Positions 44,064 to 47,219 of a stretch of 47,219 nt of DNA are shown here, piece after piece; position 1 is the first letter of the stretch; each line of letters begins with the position of its first letter. A model generated the notes under the pieces. The model did no database searches. It had not been told where the DNA came from and was given only the letters and a program-made list of their open reading frames with translations. The stretch covers positions 1 to 47,219 of the forward strand of contig CAZBAN010000008.1 of the NCBI GenBank assembly GCA_964489895.1, written 5' to 3'. The stretch is from an uncultured Dehalococcoidales bacterium. Lineage in GTDB: Bacteria > Chloroflexota > Dehalococcoidia > Dehalococcoidales > UBA2162. The translations under genes and the position numbers were made by a program.

Positions 44064-45071
44064 TTACATTTTCAGCATTACTTTAACCGCCTTACCCGCT
44101 TTATGGTCGGCGAATGCCTGTACCACATCGTCAAGCGGGTAGACGGTGATAAGAGGCTTGAGTTCCAGCTTTGGCAGCATCTGCACCGCTCTTATAAATG
44201 AATACGGAGAGACCAGCACGGAGCGGATTGTCAGCTCTTTCTGGTACATATAGAATGGCGGGACTCCTATCTCTGAGTCCGAAGGATATACGGCGCACCA
44301 GAGTACCGTGCCGCAGCTATCAGCGAGGTAAATGAGCTGCTTGGCAACGTGTATATTCCCGCTTACTTCGAGACACAGGTTGAATCCCCTGCCGTCGGTT
44401 AACTTCATCGCCGCTTCATCAAGGTCCTCGTTGAACGGGTCCACCACCACATCGGCTCCCATCTCTTTAGCCAGCCTTCTCTTTTCGGCAATCGGCTCGG
44501 AGAGCAGCACCTTTGAGGCACCCGACCTGATAGCGAACTGAAGCAGGAGCTGGCCGATGGCTCCGCCGCCGGTGATAATCACGGTATCGCCCACTTTCAT
44601 CTGGGCTATATCCATCATATGAACCGCCACTGCCACCGGTTCTACGAATGCGCCTACATCCAGGGGCGTATCTTCGGGAAGCGGGAAGACGGTGTTTTCT
44701 TTATAGACGGCGTACTCAGCCATAGCTCCCGTATTGGGAGTAACCCTCTCGCAGAAGTGCTCCATCCGGTTGTTGCAGTAATAGCAGGCACCGCAGGAAC
44801 TCCTGAAATTCATCGCCACCTTCTGCCCGATTTTAAAATTACCCCTGATATCTTTACCGATTTCCGCAATAACACCCGCCGCTTCATGCCCGACGATATT
44901 GGGACCCGGCGCCAGCGTTGGAGGGATAAACCTGCCTTCTACTATCTCGGGGTCAGTCCCGCATATTCCGGCATAGGCAATTTTCACCTTTATCTGGTCA
45001 GGGGCTGTCTCCAGTTCTGATATATCCTGTACCTCCAGAACGTTCGGTTTTACTAAAACTGCTGCTTTCAC
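44064..45071 (-). CDS. Zinc-dependent alcohol/polyol dehydrogenase (MDR family, threonine/sorbitol dehydrogenase-like)
   Basis: The catalytic Zn motifs are GICGTD and GHEAAGVIAEIG. The structural Zn cluster is CGACYYCNNRMEHFC. The NAD motif is ITGGGAIG. The GTG start is preceded by GAGGAGGTG. Confidence 0.9.
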   Translation of the reverse strand: MKAAVLVKPNVLEVQDISELETAPDQIKVKIAYAGICGTDPEIVEGRFIPPTLAPGPNIVGHEAAGVIAEIGKDIRGNFKIGQKVAMNFRSSCGACYYCNNRMEHFCERVTPNTGAMAEYAVYKENTVFPLPEDTPLDVGAFVEPVAVAVHMMDIAQMKVGDTVIITGGGAIGQLLLQFAIRSGASKVLLSEPIAEKRRLAKEMGADVVVDPFNEDLDEAAMKLTDGRGFNLCLEVSGNIHVAKQLIYLADSCGTVLWCAVYPSDSEIGVPPFYMYQKELTIRSVLVSPYSFIRAVQMLPKLELKPLITVYPLDDVVQAFADHKAGKAVKVMLKM

Positions 45072-45356
45072 GAGATAGACACCTCCTCAGAATTTCAACG
45101 GAATTTGGTACTGAAGCACCCTGATATCTGCCCTAAAGCAACCCGTGTCGGCTACTGGGTTGAGCGCCTTTAGTTAACAATTATGTACCGTTAGCCAGCA
45201 TAAATTATGAACAAGCGGTTATTGTTTGTCAATAGTATTACAAGGTAACTGAAACTCGCCTTTCATAATGAAATTCATAATGATATCTGATTTACATTAC
45301 CAATGTTAAACGTAAATATGTATAGCATGATTTTTATCAACCCCATCCCCCTTTAT

Positions 45357-45379
45357 CCCCCCCGATTTAATCGGGGGGG
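45357..45379 (+). repeat. GC-tract hairpin upstream of rnpB
   Basis: cccccccgat (45357-45366) pairs with atcggggggg (45370-45379), a 10-bp perfect stem with loop tta. It is preceded by ccccatccccctttatcccc, which resembles the left end of the 26935 element (cccccttaatcccc). Confidence 0.45.
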
Positions 45380-45427
45380 AGGCTAGAACTAACGACCATA
45401 CGCAAATAAAATCTTACACGTCTGAGA

Positions 45428-45456
45428 TTGACTAAAGCGGATATCTCTACTACAGT
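45428..45456 (+). promoter_or_regulatory. Putative promoter for rnpB
   Basis: TTGACT (45428-45433), 17-nt spacer, TACAGT (45451-45456). The P1 helix of rnpB starts 7 nt downstream, at 45463. Confidence 0.4.
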
Positions 45457-45462
45457 ATAAGT

Positions 45463-45851
45463 GGGTCAAGTAAACCGGGTGACCGCCCCGATGACCCCGA
45501 TGTCAATCGGGGGAATCGGGGAGGAAAGTCCGAGCTCCACCGGGCAGGATGCTGGGTAACGCCCAGGAGGGGTGACCCTACGGAAAGTGCCACAGAAACA
45601 TACCGTCCCGATGAGCCCTCGGGGGAATCGGGATAAGGGTGAAATGGTGAGGTAAGAGCTCACCAGCGGCCGGGCAACCGGTCGGCTGGGCAAACCCCAT
45701 CCGGAGCAAGACCAAATAGAGGGATACAAGGACGCCCGGCCAAGTCCCCGGGTTGGTCGCTTGACTCCGATGGTAACATCGGAGCTAGATAGATGGTCAC
45801 CATCCCGATGAAATCGGGATACAGAACTCGGCTTACAGGTTTACTTGACCC
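45463..45851 (+). ncRNA. rnpB: RNase P RNA, bacterial type A
   Basis: P1 pairs gggtcaagtaaacc (45463-) with ggtttacttgaccc (-45851). Universally conserved blocks are present: GGAGGAAAGTCCGAGCTCCAC, GGGTAACGCCC, GAAAGTGCCACAGAAA, GGTAAGAGCTCACCAG and ACAGAACTCGGCTTACAG. The track ORFs at 45466-45729 and 45833-46048 are spurious. Confidence 0.92.
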
Positions 45852-45960
45852 TTACTGCGTTGCCACGAGCCCTGTCCTCCTTTGTTAAATTTTTTGTAAG
45901 GAGAAATTATAATAAGACCAGGCTGGAATACAATACCCATACAAAAGTTGGCACAGAATA

Positions 45961-46725
45961 ATGACCATGAACACAAAAGTAGTAATAACAGGCATTTCAG
46001 GATGTATCGGACATATTCTTTACGAGAACCTAAAAGACAGATGGACAATATCCGGTATCGATATCAGGGAATCCCGGGACCTGCCCGTGATAATCGCAGA
46101 TATCAATGACTATGATGGTCTTCTCAACGCCTTCAAAGATGCCTACGCAGTAATACACCTGGCAGCTAACGCCAATGCGCGTGCTTCCTGGGATGATATT
46201 GTTGCCCCGAATATTTCAGGAACACAGACCGTTTTTAAAACGGCAAACAACGCCGGCGTGAAAAAAGTAATATTTGCTTCCTCGAACCATGTTACGGGAC
46301 TTTATGAACAGGACGAGCCTTATCGAAGTATCGTCGCTGGACAGTACAAAGGTATCAACCCATCCGATATTTCCCAAATCGACCACAGGGTGCCTATCCG
46401 TCCGGACGGATATTACGGGATCAGCAAAGCATTCGGAGAGGCTCTGGGACGTTACTATTCTGAAAGCTTCGATATGCAGGTTATATGTCTCCGTATTGGC
46501 ACGGTCAGCAGGGACAACCGCCCCCGTTCTGTTCGCGAGTATGCCACTCTGTTCATGCACCGGGACCTGGTGACCTTAATCGATAAGTGCCTTATGGACC
46601 AGAATATTAAGTTCGAAATATTTTACGGCGTATCTTCCAATAAATGGAAATTCTGGGATACCGCCCATATCTCGGATCGTTTGGGGTGGGCTCCGGAAGA
46701 AAATGCAGAATCATTTCGCACTTAA
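45961..46725 (+). CDS. NAD-dependent epimerase/dehydratase family protein, uronate dehydrogenase (Udh)-like
   Basis: The Rossmann motif is VITGISGCIGH. VIFASSNHVTG, IRPDGYYGISKAFGEALGRYY, ICLRIGT, LFMHRDLVTLI and the C-terminal FWDTAHISDRLGWAPEENAESF are colinear with my recollection of Agrobacterium/Pseudomonas Udh. No clear SD is present. Confidence 0.7.
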   Translation: MTMNTKVVITGISGCIGHILYENLKDRWTISGIDIRESRDLPVIIADINDYDGLLNAFKDAYAVIHLAANANARASWDDIVAPNISGTQTVFKTANNAGVKKVIFASSNHVTGLYEQDEPYRSIVAGQYKGINPSDISQIDHRVPIRPDGYYGISKAFGEALGRYYSESFDMQVICLRIGTVSRDNRPRSVREYATLFMHRDLVTLIDKCLMDQNIKFEIFYGVSSNKWKFWDTAHISDRLGWAPEENAESFRT

Positions 46726-46872
46726 TTACCCAATCTGTTTGTGTAGTGGAGTTTGACGACAAGATACTACTGGTCTATTGTTAGTTACAAAGCAGTGAAG
46801 GTTAGGCTGTTTCATAACTAATTGAAATGAGAAAAACCCAATAAGATTATGTAAAATTATGGAGGTAATCAG

Positions 46873-47219
46873 ATGAAACTAAAAGATAAGGTTGCTATTG
46901 TGGTTGGAGGCGCCAGCGGTGTTGGAAGAGCCTCAGCAGTACTCCTTGCCCAGGAAGGCGCCAGGGTAATGATAGCCGACGTGGTCATAGAAAACGCTAA
47001 CAAGGTTGCTGATGATATAAAGGCAAAGGGTGGCGAGGCATCAACGGTGAAAGTAGACTTTAGATATGAGGAAGAAGTTAATGAGATGGTCAGGGTTACC
47101 CTGGAGAAATACGGCAAAATAGATATACTGGTTAATACGGCAGGGGGGATAGTTGGGACGTTACTGCCGACAAACCTTACCGGCAACCTGCCTACAATGG
47201 GAGCCCCGGTCGCCGAGCA
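46873..47219 (+). CDS. Classical short-chain dehydrogenase/reductase (FabG-like), 3' end beyond the right window edge
   Basis: Absent from the track because it is truncated. ATG at 46873 is preceded by GGAGGT. The translation is MKLKDKVAIVVGGASGVGRASAVLLAQEGARVMIADV...KIDILVNTAGG (TGxxxGxG and NNAG-type motifs). Confidence 0.85.
   Translation, partial: MKLKDKVAIVVGGASGVGRASAVLLAQEGARVMIADVVIENANKVADDIKAKGGEASTVKVDFRYEEEVNEMVRVTLEKYGKIDILVNTAGGIVGTLLPTNLTGNLPTMGAPVAE

Noticed and set aside
45466-46048. ORFs 45466-45729 (-) and 45833-46048 (-).
   Set aside because: They overlap the RNase P RNA, whose conserved blocks and P1 pairing are unambiguous, or the AT-rich spacer after it. There is no SD and no protein-like features.

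Overview
This is a gene-dense 47.2-kb chromosomal window from a bacterium. I support about 43 protein-coding genes (two truncated at the window edges), one tRNA-Asn(GUU) and a type-A RNase P RNA (rnpB). Lineage cannot be fixed from the sequence alone. The split transketolase, an EF-G2-type paralog, URO-D-family and LarA-family genes and GC-rich palindromic intergenic repeats are compatible with Chloroflexota-like or other uncultured lineages, but that is a low-confidence inference. Most content is housekeeping or central metabolism: xerD, pcm, prfA-prmC, acs, etfBA, plsY, a cyclophilin, an acyl-CoA ligase, and a GlcD/GlcF-like FAD/Fe-S oxidase pair. I found no transposase, phage genes, CRISPR array or recognisable defence system, and xerD looks like the chromosomal dimer-resolution gene. 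Five things deserve a second look. (1) An operon at 34208-39156 encodes a fused double-FtsX permease of 1118 aa plus two non-identical ATPases, one carrying an AbrB/SpoVT-like C-terminal tail. (2) A tail-anchored 1117-aa FG-GAP/PQQ-like beta-propeller protein is translationally coupled to an ABC-2 exporter (1-5081), divergent from an orphan B12-binding radical SAM gene. (3) A sugar/sugar-acid style neighbourhood (39349-47219) holds a LarA-family racemase/epimerase without larBCE, a uronate-dehydrogenase-like gene, SDRs, and a Zn-ADH / Zn-ribbon microprotein / split-transketolase operon, with rnpB embedded in it. (4) A family of GC-rich nested-hairpin intergenic elements includes an exact 12-mer, GGGGTGAGGTAA, present three times, each upstream of a predicted promoter. 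(5) Several regulatory-looking palindromes and some over-long ORF calls were also noted. All coordinates of hairpins, promoters and corrected starts were hand-indexed from the printed sequence. No homology search or folding computation was possible, so family assignments rest on motif recognition.
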